A DNA stretch of 64,000 bases from a virus (taxonomy: Duplodnaviria; Caudoviricetes). The notes under the pieces are model-generated. The model worked only from the letters and a program-made list of their open reading frames with translations, did not search any database and had not been told where the DNA came from. The stretch is from IMG/VR virus record IMGVR_UViG_3300030613_000010, positions 4,353-68,352 of that record, one strand, 5' to 3'. Shown in pieces: positions 17,637-27,075 of the stretch (position 1 is its first letter; every line of letters begins with the position of its first letter). The position numbers and the translations under genes are program-made.

Positions 17637-18157
17637 TCGTTTCGGACCCCCCATGGCCCTCCAGGCCTATTTCCCCTCGCTGGGGCAATAAACAAGCTTC
17701 TCACCTCCACTACGATTTGATGTCACTGGACGATATTTGCTCTTTCCCATTGCCTCCGCTTACGGACTACTGCGTACTCTTTTTATGGCGATTAGCCTCC
17801 ATACAGAAAGAAGCTATCTTAGTCTGCGAAGTTTGGGGATTTCGCCCACAATCAGAATTAGTGTGGCATAAGAAAACGACCGGAGGCAAGGACTGGTTCG
17901 GTATGGGCCTGCTCCTACGGGGCGCTCACGAAACCTGTCTTGTAGGAGTCCGGAAGCTGCCCATGCCCAAAGTCAAGAACGTTCGTTCGATCTTTGAGGC
18001 TCCCTATACCGGCTGCCACAGCGGGAAACCAGAAGCCTTTTTCGACTTAGTCGAGAACTTACTGCCCGGCCCATATCTCGAGCTCTTCGCACGTAAGCAG
18101 AGACCGGGCTGGACTTGCATAGGGAAAGAACTCCCAGCGGTTTCAACCTCGGTTTGA
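17618..18157 (+). CDS. MT-A70-family adenine methyltransferase
   Basis: VIVSDPPW, LFLW, WGF, HSGKPE, YLELFAR motifs; appears intact. Confidence 0.88.
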   Translation: MQRFSVIVSDPPWPSRPISPRWGNKQASHLHYDLMSLDDICSFPLPPLTDYCVLFLWRLASIQKEAILVCEVWGFRPQSELVWHKKTTGGKDWFGMGLLLRGAHETCLVGVRKLPMPKVKNVRSIFEAPYTGCHSGKPEAFFDLVENLLPGPYLELFARKQRPGWTCIGKELPAVSTSV

Positions 18158-18205
18158 ACGGAAGAAGTCCTGGTGGTGGGGCGGATATGACTTGTTGTTG
18201 GAGGC

Positions 18206-20209
18206 ATGATGCTTTCCTTAACCGACACTGCCCTGACCGTGCTCGAAAAGAGATATCTCCGACGCGACCCCGAAGGCAACCTTATCGAAGACCCAGAGGG
18301 TATGTTCCGGCGGGTGGCTCACGCAGTAGCCCAAGCGGAGCCTCCGGACAAACGGGAATGGGCTGAGGAGAAATTCTTCGAGCTGATGTCCTCCCTCCGG
18401 TTCCTCCCCAACTCACCGACTCTCATGAATGCCGGGATCACCGGCACTCTCTCGGCCTGTTTTGTGCTCGACATCGAAGACTCCCTCCAGGGAATTCTCG
18501 AGACAGCAGCACGGGCCGGGAAAATCCTCAAATACGGCGGGGGTTGTGGCTTCAACCTCTCAAACATCCGTAGCCGAACCGAAAGGGTCCGCAGCACCAA
18601 CGGTAAAGCCTGTGGCCCCGTGTCTGTCCTCCGACATCTCCATAGCCTCAACACCATGGTGCAGCAGGCCGGCAAGCGGAACGGCGCGAACATGGCGGTG
18701 CTCCGCTGTGACCACAAAGACATCGGGGAGTTTGTCACTTGCAAGCGGGAGAGCCCAGACTCCATTTATAGCTTCAACCTTTCTGTGGCCCTCACCGACG
18801 AGTTCATGAGGAAGGCGGCCCAGCCAAAGACCCCAGAGCGGACTTTACTCTGCATCATGGCTGAGGGGGCTTGGACCACGGGGGAACCGGGTTGCTTTTT
18901 CATCGACACGGCTAATCGTTACAATCCAACCCCAGAGTATGGGAATTATTCGGCTACGAACCCTTGCGGTGAGGTGCCTTTGCTCCCTAATGAGTCCTGC
19001 AACCTTGGGAGCCTCAACGTTGCGGCTTATTGGCAGGGAGGCATGAAGTGGGAACGGCTGGCTGGAGATGTAAAGCTGGCGGTGCGCTTCCTTGACGATG
19101 TGATAACGACCAACGACTGGCCCGACGAGCGGATTGCGGCGGCGGTAGCCCGAACCCGCAAGGTTGGCCTCGGCGTCATGGGTTGGGCCGACTTGCTGGC
19201 CACCCAGGGAATTCCTTACGATTCCAAAGAGGCAGTCGCCAAGGCCGGGGAGCTCATGGCCTTCATCCAGGGGCACGCCGAAGACGCCGACCGGGCGCTG
19301 GTCCTCGAAGGGCGCTCGGCGTACTCACCCTCCACGACCCACCGTAACGCCGCCCGCACTTGCATCGCTCCTACCGGCACTATTTCTCTTATTGCTGGAT
19401 GTTCGGCCGGCATCGAACCCCATTGGTCTTCGGATTACAACCACCTGATGGCGGATGGAACCAGATTGAAAGTTTCTCACAAAACCGAAGCAAAGACCGC
19501 TTTGGAAATCGACCCTGAATGGCATCTTCTTCATCAAGCTGCCTTCCAGCAGTTTACAGACCAAGCGGTGAGCAAAACCGTGAATCTCAAAGAGACCGCT
19601 TGTGCCGAGGATGTAATGAAGGTTTTCCTCCGGGCCTGGGAACTCGGCTGCAAGGGAGTCACGGTCTACCGGGACAACAGTCGCCAGGGGCAGGTCCTGA
19701 CCACTCTGGGATCGACACCGATTGTTGTCCAGCCGGAGACAGAGGTAAACAGGAGACGGCGGCTTCCCCGCGAAAGGCCCGCCCTTATTCACAAATTCAC
19801 CGTGGGGGGCCAGGATGGCTACGTGGTACTGGGGCATTATGAAGACAAGGGTTTAGGAGAGGTCTTTATTGTTATCAATCAACAAGGGGCGACCATTCGG
19901 GGTTGGGCAGACCTCGTTGCGACTCTAATTAGTGTTGGTATTCAGTACGGAGTGCCCCTGGAGAAAATCGTCGAGAAACTCCGGTTCACGACTTTCGATC
20001 CTGCCGGTCTGACTGGGAACCCAGAGATACCCTTTGCGACCAGCGTTCCCGACTATGTTGGGCATCTCCTGGAGCAGATGTTTCTCCAGGTCTCCGGCAG
20101 TCCCCCTGCCCCTATGGGTGCACTTTGCCCACAATGCGGCGGGGCCAATGTGGCTATCCAAGAGGGTTGTTTATCCTGCCGGGTCTGCGGTTGGACCCGT
20201 TGCGGGTAA
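18206..20209 (+). CDS. nrdJ: class II (adenosylcobalamin) ribonucleotide reductase with C-terminal TSCPD/Zn-ribbon domain
   Basis: FLPNSPTLMNAG, SACFV, ATNPCGEVPL, ESCNLGSLN, IAPTGTIS, KGVTVYRD, terminal EGC..C..CGW..C; no small-subunit gene seen. Confidence 0.9.
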   Translation: MMLSLTDTALTVLEKRYLRRDPEGNLIEDPEGMFRRVAHAVAQAEPPDKREWAEEKFFELMSSLRFLPNSPTLMNAGITGTLSACFVLDIEDSLQGILETAARAGKILKYGGGCGFNLSNIRSRTERVRSTNGKACGPVSVLRHLHSLNTMVQQAGKRNGANMAVLRCDHKDIGEFVTCKRESPDSIYSFNLSVALTDEFMRKAAQPKTPERTLLCIMAEGAWTTGEPGCFFIDTANRYNPTPEYGNYSATNPCGEVPLLPNESCNLGSLNVAAYWQGGMKWERLAGDVKLAVRFLDDVITTNDWPDERIAAAVARTRKVGLGVMGWADLLATQGIPYDSKEAVAKAGELMAFIQGHAEDADRALVLEGRSAYSPSTTHRNAARTCIAPTGTISLIAGCSAGIEPHWSSDYNHLMADGTRLKVSHKTEAKTALEIDPEWHLLHQAAFQQFTDQAVSKTVNLKETACAEDVMKVFLRAWELGCKGVTVYRDNSRQGQVLTTLGSTPIVVQPETEVNRRRRLPRERPALIHKFTVGGQDGYVVLGHYEDKGLGEVFIVINQQGATIRGWADLVATLISVGIQYGVPLEKIVEKLRFTTFDPAGLTGNPEIPFATSVPDYVGHLLEQMFLQVSGSPPAPMGALCPQCGGANVAIQEGCLSCRVCGWTRCG

Positions 20210-20218
20210 AAAGAAAGG

Positions 20219-20428
20219 ATGGACAAAATGCCGGTGCTTTATCTTCGCTTGGAATACGAGGAATACAAAAAGTTAGAGGAAACCCTAGAACGGTGGGAAA
20301 ACATTGAGACCACCCACAAGACTGAGGGCTTTTATCACAAAAGCCTCAGGCTCCCGCTTGGCAGTTTGACTTTGGAGATTCATGGGCCGTTTGTCCAAGC
20401 TGCTTATCCCGAAGGCCCTGCGGCCTAG
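20219..20428 (+). CDS. hypothetical protein
   Basis: 69 aa with AAGGA SD; last gene of the rightward block. Confidence 0.55.
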   Translation: MDKMPVLYLRLEYEEYKKLEETLERWENIETTHKTEGFYHKSLRLPLGSLTLEIHGPFVQAAYPEGPAA

Positions 20429-20765
20429 CTTCAGTTTCCTGTGGCGACACAACCTTGAGCAGCCTAGCAGCAACCGCTGAAGCCTTGTCTGGACTGTCTA
20501 TCAAGAGCACACCATCGTAGGCTGCCTGGAGTTCCTTGAACCGTTCTACAACTTCTTCGCTAGCATTCAATCCCCAAGCATTATGAGGTACTGATGCCGC
20601 GAAGTCTGTCAAGGCGAGTAGAATGGCTTCGCTTTCGACGATGGCCCCTACGGCCCTGAAGAGCCGGTCTACATAAGGGGGCCAAGGGTCAGCGTAGTGG
20701 TGCTCCCTCAACCTAGCCTCCACCCTCCGCCGCCTCTCACATAGGAACCAAAGGGGTAATTTCAC
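20346..20765 (-). CDS. hypothetical protein
   Basis: ORF at the distal end of the leftward accessory array. Confidence 0.45.
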   Translation of the reverse strand: MKLPLWFLCERRRRVEARLREHHYADPWPPYVDRLFRAVGAIVESEAILLALTDFAASVPHNAWGLNASEEVVERFKELQAAYDGVLLIDSPDKASAVAARLLKVVSPQETEARPQGLRDKQLGQTAHESPKSNCQAGA

Positions 20766-21019
20766 CGCACGTAGTCCTTTCCATCACCAGCCACCTTCCG
20801 AGCGTCTTTGCGAGCCTGATGATCCCACATCTGATGTCGCCTACGAGCACTAATTGCCCGCTGTCGTCTGCCTGCGTGAGTCAGCTTTGTCATCTCAATG
20901 TCTCCACCACAAACACTTCTCAGGTAGCCCAGCTCTGACTCTCTTGCCAGGGCTTTTGTGGTCCCAGCTACAAAGTCGTCCACAAACCGTACAGCGATCT
21001 GTGCCTCTTGGACCCCCAC
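20762..21019 (-). CDS. hypothetical protein
   Basis: 85 aa; GTGA overlap with the next gene. Confidence 0.5.
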   Translation of the reverse strand: MGVQEAQIAVRFVDDFVAGTTKALARESELGYLRSVCGGDIEMTKLTHAGRRQRAISARRRHQMWDHQARKDARKVAGDGKDYVR

Positions 21020-21227
21020 CAGAAACAGGCCACCAAGAGGAGTAGTGAGGAAGCAATAGCCAGCACAGCCGTATCAGCCCGGTGTTGCCTTTGTAATCAG
21101 AAGCCGTTACTGGACGGACTTCTATGTCACCCATCTCTGCTCCTTTTGTTTGGAAGCCAGAGCAGTGGGTCGTGGCAGGTGAGCGGGCACCCGCTCGCCA
21201 CTGCCCTGACCATGCTCACAACGGCGT

Positions 21228-21941
21228 TCATCTGCCTAGCAAACGTCGCCACCAACCAGCACGGCTGGTAGGCAGGACGCCACCACCGACTTGGCCGTGG
21301 TAGCCCTTCAATTCACAAGTGCCAGCCCAACAATCAGGCCCACACCGGCCAATTCCCTGACCGCCCCCTTGGGGGTCAGCGACCCATAGGTGGCATATAT
21401 GATTGCGAGGTGGATCATCCCTTTCCATCCGTTCGACAAGAGCCCGGAAACAATCCTGCTCGTTTGGGGCCTCATGGAGTTCAGTAGATTCACCTTGATG
21501 GCCTTGGTAATAGATCGTCGGTCCATTGTAGGTCGATAGGTAATAGAGCGTCACCGAACGGCCAGCAAAGTGAGCACAGCGCACGATATATTCGGCGCTC
21601 CCTCCGTGGCCTTCAAGACAGGTAGGAGCTGATTGGTAGACCTTGGCAGGCATCTCCTCTTTCGTCTTGAATCGCCAGCGCCACCACTCATGATCGCCTT
21701 TAGGGCAGGATGTGGACTTCAGCCTCTCTAGGAGAACCATGCCACGAAGTGCTTCCCAGCCCTGTCTCTGCCATAGCAAATCACCCTCACTCAATAGAAT
21801 GGTGATTGTCTCTTGACTCGGCAATTTGAAAGCCACTTGGTAACATGGTGGCTCTTCAACCTCACAATCGTCGCAGCGATAGTAAGGTCGCCTCCAGATA
21901 GGTATGAGTCCATTGATAGACTCCAATTTCTGCGTCTCCAT
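21228..21941 (-). CDS. hypothetical Cys/His-rich protein
   Basis: 237 aa with several CxxC/CxxH clusters; SD present. Confidence 0.55.
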   Translation of the reverse strand: METQKLESINGLIPIWRRPYYRCDDCEVEEPPCYQVAFKLPSQETITILLSEGDLLWQRQGWEALRGMVLLERLKSTSCPKGDHEWWRWRFKTKEEMPAKVYQSAPTCLEGHGGSAEYIVRCAHFAGRSVTLYYLSTYNGPTIYYQGHQGESTELHEAPNEQDCFRALVERMERDDPPRNHICHLWVADPQGGGQGIGRCGPDCWAGTCELKGYHGQVGGGVLPTSRAGWWRRLLGR

Positions 21942-22193
21942 GCCTAATCAGCCCCCACAACTGCCCAAAAGAAAAGCAGGGTGGCTGCTACCCCGAATAT
22001 CGAAGCCATGACAATTTCCAATGTATCAGTTAAAACAATCATGACCGCCGCCACCAATGGAGATTGCTTCGAGCGTCATTTGTTGTAGCTCCACACACTC
22101 TACAGACCATTCGCCAGGGGCATTCCTTAACACCCCTAAAGTCAGCATGATGATAACGACGAATCCAGCAGACCGGGTGCAGCAGAAACTTTA

Positions 22194-22373
22194 TCACAGC
22201 TTTCTCCCCGGCTCCCGCCTACGGTACAGTTCTGACCTCCCCACCTCATCCACATAACCACACTGCAGGCAGGTCCAGTACTGGCCCCACTTGTCGCTTT
22301 CTTTAGTAAGCGTCCCTGTGCATCTTGGACAGGCCTGCAGTCTCAGCAGTGGCACTACCAGTGTTGGCGTCAT
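22194..22373 (-). CDS. 59 aa Zn-ribbon protein (not in ORF track)
   Basis: CPRCTG...DKWGQYWTCLQCGY. Confidence 0.6.
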   Translation of the reverse strand: MTPTLVVPLLRLQACPRCTGTLTKESDKWGQYWTCLQCGYVDEVGRSELYRRREPGRKL

Positions 22374-22387
22374 TTAGACCACACCCG

Positions 22388-22609
22388 TCACGGTTTGGCC
22401 CCTGGCAGTCGCATGAAGCGACGGAGCTGCGCATTAAAGAGAACGAATCCTCCAGCATCTCGCATCCCATAGCCAGAAGCAAAAGACGAGACAGCCAAGC
22501 CAAGTGCTCCAAACCAATCGGGACCAGGCCAAAGGATCATACCTATCCCGACAAAGGCGAAGAACATTGGCCATTTCTTAAACGGGTATGGCATGAGGTT
22601 CCTCCTCAT
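22388..22609 (-). CDS. small membrane protein
   Basis: Two hydrophobic helices. Confidence 0.5.
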   Translation of the reverse strand: MRRNLMPYPFKKWPMFFAFVGIGMILWPGPDWFGALGLAVSSFASGYGMRDAGGFVLFNAQLRRFMRLPGAKP

Positions 22610-22922
22610 CCTCGTAAGGCGCTAGGGCATCCAGGATCATCTCCAGGTTCTGCTTCGTCTCTTCCCAACGCCCTTGCTGCTTGAGCGCCCCCTCAAACTT
22701 GGGCTCAAGGCCCAGCCTGTAGGTATTGGCTAGGTGCCTAGCCCCCCAGAAGAAGTCATTCGGAGTTGTGATTCGCTCTCGCTGTTTGGGCTGCATCCTT
22801 CTTATTCCTTCCAAATGTACAAAGCAGTTGCGAATAAGAACGCCGAGATTGATAGCACCAGAACAATTAAGACGATGAAGATGATCACTTGCCCCGCTGT
22901 CTCCATTACAAAATCTCCTCAA
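22578..22922 (-). CDS. hypothetical protein
   Basis: ORF in the co-oriented array. Confidence 0.4.
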   Translation of the reverse strand: MRRFCNGDSGASDHLHRLNCSGAINLGVLIRNCFVHLEGIRRMQPKQRERITTPNDFFWGARHLANTYRLGLEPKFEGALKQQGRWEETKQNLEMILDALAPYEDEEEPHAIPV

Positions 22923-23115
22923 TGCCCTAGCGCTGCCTTCCAGATTTTGATGACACCCACGATGATGACCCAGAGGACTACAGAGGTTGTCAGCACCTCA
23001 ATCATGACCGGCCTCGTCTGGCGGTAAGCAACCGCTCGCGCAGTACCAACTTGCAAATGGCGCGGCGACGGCGCGGCTGATGGTCGTGTAGCCAGAGCCG
23101 CCGACCAAGTTCAGT

Positions 23116-23529
23116 TCAGAGACAATTGCCAATTTCATACTTGTCCCCTTGTGTGGGCTCTTCCGAGGGTTTCAACTGGCCCGCGTACGGCTCCAGGGCT
23201 TCGCCGAAGGCATCAACAGCTTCTGCGGTAGCCTGAAACTCGTTGCGGTTCAGATGATAGCCTTCCCTGACAGCCCGATTGATGGCACGGCGACGACGCC
23301 AATCCCGAAGCCATCGTCCTGGAAGTGCCCAAAGTCTCACTGTAGCCCCCTTTCGGTCCCCAACTCCTGCCGCTTGTCGCCCCACTTCTCCAGCAGTGCC
23401 AGCTCGCGAAGGATTATTCCCCCTCCCACTCCCGCACGATGGCGGTGGCAGCACGGACATCAGCGAGAGTGATGACAAGGTCGCTGCCGCCAGCGGGATC
23501 ACATCGTGCCAAGAGGCAGTCAGTATCAT
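23116..23529 (-). CDS. hypothetical protein with N-terminal hydrophobic segment
   Basis: 137 aa ORF in the array. Confidence 0.45.
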   Translation of the reverse strand: MILTASWHDVIPLAAATLSSLSLMSVLPPPSCGSGRGNNPSRAGTAGEVGRQAAGVGDRKGATVRLWALPGRWLRDWRRRRAINRAVREGYHLNRNEFQATAEAVDAFGEALEPYAGQLKPSEEPTQGDKYEIGNCL

Positions 23530-23746
23530 TGTGGGGCGGCCCCTTATAGCTAGTAGCTATACGCCCAAACGCCCTCAGCGCCTCCACGGCCCGCTCGTAG
23601 GCGGCGGCGAGGGCGGGCAGGTCCCCAATCAAGATGTCCTGAATCCACTCCTCTAGGTGCGGGCCAGGCTCGATATGGCTCTGGTCAATCCGCGTCTTCA
23701 TGGCCGCCAGCCGCTCGCGGGTCATGGGGTCGGGGTTAGTGGTCAT
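23414..23746 (-). CDS. hypothetical protein
   Basis: MTTNPD...; coupled to the upstream stop. Confidence 0.45.
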   Translation of the reverse strand: MTTNPDPMTRERLAAMKTRIDQSHIEPGPHLEEWIQDILIGDLPALAAAYERAVEALRAFGRIATSYKGPPHNDTDCLLARCDPAGGSDLVITLADVRAATAIVREWEGE

Positions 23747-23939
23747 GGCTGCTACCGCGTGATGTTACACCTGTTGCCAATCCGCCCACGCCACTAAGGA
23801 AGCCCAGGGCGTACCAAACTCCGGCTCGTGCCTCATTCCAAATGGGCCAATTCTCCTTCAGTCCCCCTATGTGGAGCCCAAGGACAATGAGGGCGCTGGC
23901 CCCGTTCCACCAGCCCCAGAGCAAGTCTTCATACCACAT
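23736..23939 (-). CDS. small membrane protein
   Basis: Two hydrophobic helices; GGAGG SD. Confidence 0.6.
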   Translation of the reverse strand: MWYEDLLWGWWNGASALIVLGLHIGGLKENWPIWNEARAGVWYALGFLSGVGGLATGVTSRGSSHDH

Positions 23940-24247
23940 CCTTCACCTCCGGCCGCCGTCACGGGCAGGCCACGTTTCTGTCTGGCAGCCTCAAGCGATG
24001 GCCGAGTTGCCTCCTGAAACTTGAGCAGGGCTTGGGCAGCCAGCTTCCACTCAGCCATCCCGTCCTCTGAAGCTTCCCATTGACGAGGCTCAAGCAGCGG
24101 GCCTAGTATCTCGGCTCTGTCAATCATCGCCAGGAAGCCTTCTAGGTCCATCTGCTCGACTGCCTGGGTTATGAGGCCAATCTGGTCGCGCACCTGCCCG
24201 ATGCCTAAGGTCACAGATTCCTCATCCTGCATGGGCTCACTCCTCAC
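23867..24247 (-). CDS. hypothetical protein
   Basis: 126 aa ORF; GTGAGG SD. Confidence 0.5.
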   Translation of the reverse strand: MRSEPMQDEESVTLGIGQVRDQIGLITQAVEQMDLEGFLAMIDRAEILGPLLEPRQWEASEDGMAEWKLAAQALLKFQEATRPSLEAARQKRGLPVTAAGGEGCGMKTCSGAGGTGPAPSLSLGST

Positions 24248-24265
24248 GGCTTACACCCCCACGGC

Positions 24266-24490
24266 CTAGCAATCAAACAGGTAGTGCTTTCGCGTCGGGT
24301 CCTTGTCACACGTACACGGCTGGGGAGTGCCGTCAGAGAACTCCTTATCGTCTGACAGGCTCCACCCCTTCGTCGTGCCCGCTATCTCGCGGCGGCAGAA
24401 CCACGTCTCCGTCTCTTCCGCCGATAGCGGCGAACAAACCGTGGCGTAGCACAGTCCGATGCCCAGGATCACAGGCTCTTGTTGGTTCAC
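24266..24490 (-). CDS. Cys-rich hypothetical protein
   Basis: CYATVC...GTT.GW..S...F...QPCTC...R.HY...C pattern. Confidence 0.65.
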   Translation of the reverse strand: MNQQEPVILGIGLCYATVCSPLSAEETETWFCRREIAGTTKGWSLSDDKEFSDGTPQPCTCDKDPTRKHYLFDC

Positions 24491-24500
24491 GGTTCATTCC

Positions 24501-25418
24501 TCACGGCTTGCAGCTCCACGGCCCCCACCCTTGGTCCAGCCACAGATCGTAGGCCACGCACAGGTTCGGGCCAGCCTCTAGCATCTCCTCCCATGAGTAG
24601 CCGAGGCGGGCGGCGCGGGCCTTATGGATCACGTTCAACTGCATTAGTCCCCAGTTCTGACCGTCAGGGGAGATATTCGTTGGGTCGCCTGAGCTTTCGC
24701 ACTCGGCGACGGCGGCGACGGCGGGCAAGAGGTCGGCGGGCCAACACGGGTAAACGCCGACTCCTGGTCCTGCCAGTGGCACTGTGGGCAGATCAGTTCG
24801 TCCCTCGACCGGGAAGCCTCCTGCTCCCTGCGCCACGCCTCCAGGGCCTCCAGCCGCTGCCCATGCTCCAGAATCAGCGACTTCCAGAACTCCCATGTCG
24901 CCTGTGCCATGCGAGGCGGGCTCGATGCCGTCGCCTCTGCGGCCGAGGACGCGCGGCTCTTCCATTGCCCGCTGTCGTCCAAGTACATCGGGCTCAATGC
25001 CGGCCCCTCGCCTTCCGAGGACGGCGTAAGGCCATCCGCCTCCAGATTCGTCAGCAGCGCCCCCAAGTGCTCCAAATCCTCCGTCCACCTGTTGCGAATC
25101 TGTGTCAGGCGACGGATGACGGTGTTGCTGTCCATCTACCCCCTCCTCTCTGCTTCCTGTATCGCCTGCCGGTACGACCTGTCGTACAGGGCTGCACCAT
25201 CGGGCCGCAGTCCCCGCGTCCATTGTTCTATCGCCCACTGATGTCGTAACTCGCAGACCACACCATGGGTTATCGAGCCGGATATCACCAGCAGCGACAG
25301 GGCTCCGACTATTGCTAGGCCGTAGATGATTGTTGTCATTGGCGGTTCCTCCTTCCGCAAGTACAAGACCCAGCACCAGCGCCGCTAACAGTGTGGTAAC
25401 TGGGCGGGGACACTTCAG
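24501..25418 (-). CDS. lytic transglycosylase (SLT-like) with putative signal peptide; likely CTG start
   Basis: C-terminal AVAECESSG...WGLMQLN...NL..AY.LW...GWGPWSC; the open frame extends to a CTGA overlap giving MKCPRPVTTLLAALVLGLVLA. Confidence 0.7.
   Translation of the reverse strand: MKCPRPVTTLLAALVLGLVLAEGGTANDNNHLRPSNSRSPVAAGDIRLDNPWCGLRVTTSVGDRTMDAGTAARWCSPVRQVVPAGDTGSREEGVDGQQHRHPSPDTDSQQVDGGFGALGGAADESGGGWPYAVLGRRGAGIEPDVLGRQRAMEEPRVLGRRGDGIEPASHGTGDMGVLEVADSGAWAAAGGPGGVAQGAGGFPVEGRTDLPTVPLAGPGVGVYPCWPADLLPAVAAVAECESSGDPTNISPDGQNWGLMQLNVIHKARAARLGYSWEEMLEAGPNLCVAYDLWLDQGWGPWSCKP
24644..25135 (-). CDS. hypothetical protein nested in the +1 frame of the SLT gene
   Basis: SD GAGGAGG; coiled-coil-like segment and CPQC. 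Confidence 0.45.
   Translation of the reverse strand: MDSNTVIRRLTQIRNRWTEDLEHLGALLTNLEADGLTPSSEGEGPALSPMYLDDSGQWKSRASSAAEATASSPPRMAQATWEFWKSLILEHGQRLEALEAWRREQEASRSRDELICPQCHWQDQESAFTRVGPPTSCPPSPPSPSAKAQATQRISPLTVRTGD
25136..25339 (-). CDS. small membrane protein nested in the +1 frame of the SLT gene
   Basis: SD AAGGAGG then MTTIIYGLAIVGALSLLVISG (TM helix). Confidence 0.5.
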   Translation of the reverse strand: MTTIIYGLAIVGALSLLVISGSITHGVVCELRHQWAIEQWTRGLRPDGAALYDRSYRQAIQEAERRG

Positions 25419-25762
25419 GCTTCCTCTCGCTTGCTGTAGCCGTCACAATTCTCCAGCCAGAGAGGGTCGAAGTTGTGGGGCCAGTTGAACCAGCCGCGAG
25501 CGATACCGTGAGGGTCCCCGACGATGTTAAGTTCGGGTGTCGTCCCTACAATCGGCGGCGCACGCCCAACGATATGGCGTCTTGTCCGCCGAGTGTATGG
25601 GGAAGCGAAGATAGCCATCACCTTTTCCAGCGGCGGCCGTTCGCCAATCGACGGATGGGCGCAGGCTGAATGGGCTGAACCAGGAACCTCTTTACGATGT
25701 TCGCAGGTCCAGCAATCAGGTTTCACTCTTGTTGTCATGCTTCCTTCTCCTTCCCCCTGCAC
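25415..25762 (-). CDS. phage hypothetical protein
   Basis: CWTCEH...AHSAC.HP...GIARGWFNWPHNFDPLWLENCDGY pattern. Confidence 0.7.
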   Translation of the reverse strand: MQGEGEGSMTTRVKPDCWTCEHRKEVPGSAHSACAHPSIGERPPLEKVMAIFASPYTRRTRRHIVGRAPPIVGTTPELNIVGDPHGIARGWFNWPHNFDPLWLENCDGYSKREEA

Positions 25763-25794
25763 AGCGGCAGGGTCAGCGCCGGGGCCACCAATTG

Positions 25795-26088
25795 CTACGT
25801 CGCATGGGGTTCGTCCTTGGGCTCTACGGGGTCATACTCCTGGCAGGTGCAGTCCTCGCAGGGTGCTTCTCCATAGTCATGATTGCCTAGAAGGTGGCCA
25901 CACTTGCAAAGCGGCACACAGCCCTCGCACCAGCATTTGTCCTTCCAGAAGCGCCAGTCGAAGTTCTCGGCCTCCTCACGGGCCAACTCCGGCGTGGGCA
26001 TGTGATAGATCACGCCGTCACCGCTCTCGTACTCTTCGCCGCACGTATCGCAGCGGGCGATGTAGCATGTCTCCTGCCTAATCGGCAT
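25795..26088 (-). CDS. multi-Zn-finger hypothetical protein
   Basis: CDTC, CWCEGC, CKCGH, CEDCTC. Confidence 0.65.
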   Translation of the reverse strand: MPIRQETCYIARCDTCGEEYESGDGVIYHMPTPELAREEAENFDWRFWKDKCWCEGCVPLCKCGHLLGNHDYGEAPCEDCTCQEYDPVEPKDEPHAT

Positions 26089-26332
26089 GGGGTTCCTCCT
26101 TCGGCTCCATGCCCTCCACGTAGGGCAGGATCGGCTGAAGCGGGCGGCCGAACGTCATGAGTTCGAGGTCCAACCGCCGCCCGAAGAGGACGGCTAGCCG
26201 CTCCCGCCAGGTTAATTGCCAACGGGTGTGGGCGATGCCATCCTGTACTCGTGCTGGCAGCGGGTGATACTCAGGCTGATCAGCCGCAAAGTTGACATAC
26301 TGGCCATGAGTCTTCGGGTCAATAGGCTTCAC
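26078..26332 (-). CDS. phage hypothetical protein
   Basis: FAADQPEYHPLPA...TRWQLTWRERL..LFG...L..MTFG.PLQP pattern. Confidence 0.7.
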   Translation of the reverse strand: MKPIDPKTHGQYVNFAADQPEYHPLPARVQDGIAHTRWQLTWRERLAVLFGRRLDLELMTFGRPLQPILPYVEGMEPKEEPHAD

Positions 26333-26532
26333 AGTTCCTCCTTCACGCCCAGCGCGTCGATACGGGCCTTCTGCTCTTCGTACTCGCCGTCTCCTGCGTA
26401 CCAGCCCAAGTCGTAGGCCGCATGTAGGGCGGCACGGACGGCGGCCTCTGCATCGTCATAGCTGGTTTCTTCGTAGAGGTCAGATAGGACTTGGGACAAT
26501 TTCGCCCATGCATCCTCAATCGCGCCCATCAC
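26329..26532 (-). CDS. hypothetical protein
   Basis: GTGA overlaps on both sides. Confidence 0.6.
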   Translation of the reverse strand: MMGAIEDAWAKLSQVLSDLYEETSYDDAEAAVRAALHAAYDLGWYAGDGEYEEQKARIDALGVKEEL

Positions 26533-26807
26533 TCACCTCCTTGGAACCCGCCCGCCTTGACGCAGGCACGCAGTTTGCCGATCAACATTCCTAGATCGTC
26601 CTCATCGTCAGGATTCTCGTCTTGCTCACACCATCGCTCAATGTCGTCCAGCACCGCCATCTCCCCCCGCTGGGCCTCGGCCTGGGCGTAGGCGTCAGCC
26701 AGCCTGCGTAGGCTAGCCTTACGATCAGGGTGGGCGATCAGACGGTTCACTTCGGCCTCAAAGGCTTCCAGCGCCGCCCGCGCCTCCTGCGCCCGCTCGT
26801 CAGTCGT
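26529..26807 (-). CDS. MTDER-type paralog 2, apparent ACG start
   Basis: AAGGAGG-6nt-ACG ACT GAC GAG CGG; paralogous to 26800-27075. Confidence 0.6.
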   Translation of the reverse strand, partial: TTDERAQEARAALEAFEAEVNRLIAHPDRKASLRRLADAYAQAEAQRGEMAVLDDIERWCEQDENPDDEDDLGMLIGKLRACVKAGGFQGGE

Positions 26808-27075
26808 GGGGAGCCTCCTTGAACTCGCCCGCCAGGATGCGGGCGCACAGGGCGTCATGCTTGTGCTTTGGGGCGTAGTAGCCCAGGGCGGCCAGCACCG
26901 CGAGCGACTGCCGCTCAGCCTCGGCCTGGGCGAGTTCATTGGTGGTTAGCCTCACAGCCCCTAGCAGGACATCAAGCGCCGTTTCATTCTGGCCGCAAGC
27001 GCGCCACTCTTCCAACACCGCCCCCAGGGTGATGTTCACTTTGGCTTTCGCCTCCCGCACCCGCTCGTCAGTCAT
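26800..27075 (-). CDS. MTDER-type paralog 1
   Basis: ATG ACT GAC GAG CGG; AQAEAERQSLAVL. Confidence 0.65.
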   Translation of the reverse strand: MTDERVREAKAKVNITLGAVLEEWRACGQNETALDVLLGAVRLTTNELAQAEAERQSLAVLAALGYYAPKHKHDALCARILAGEFKEAPHD

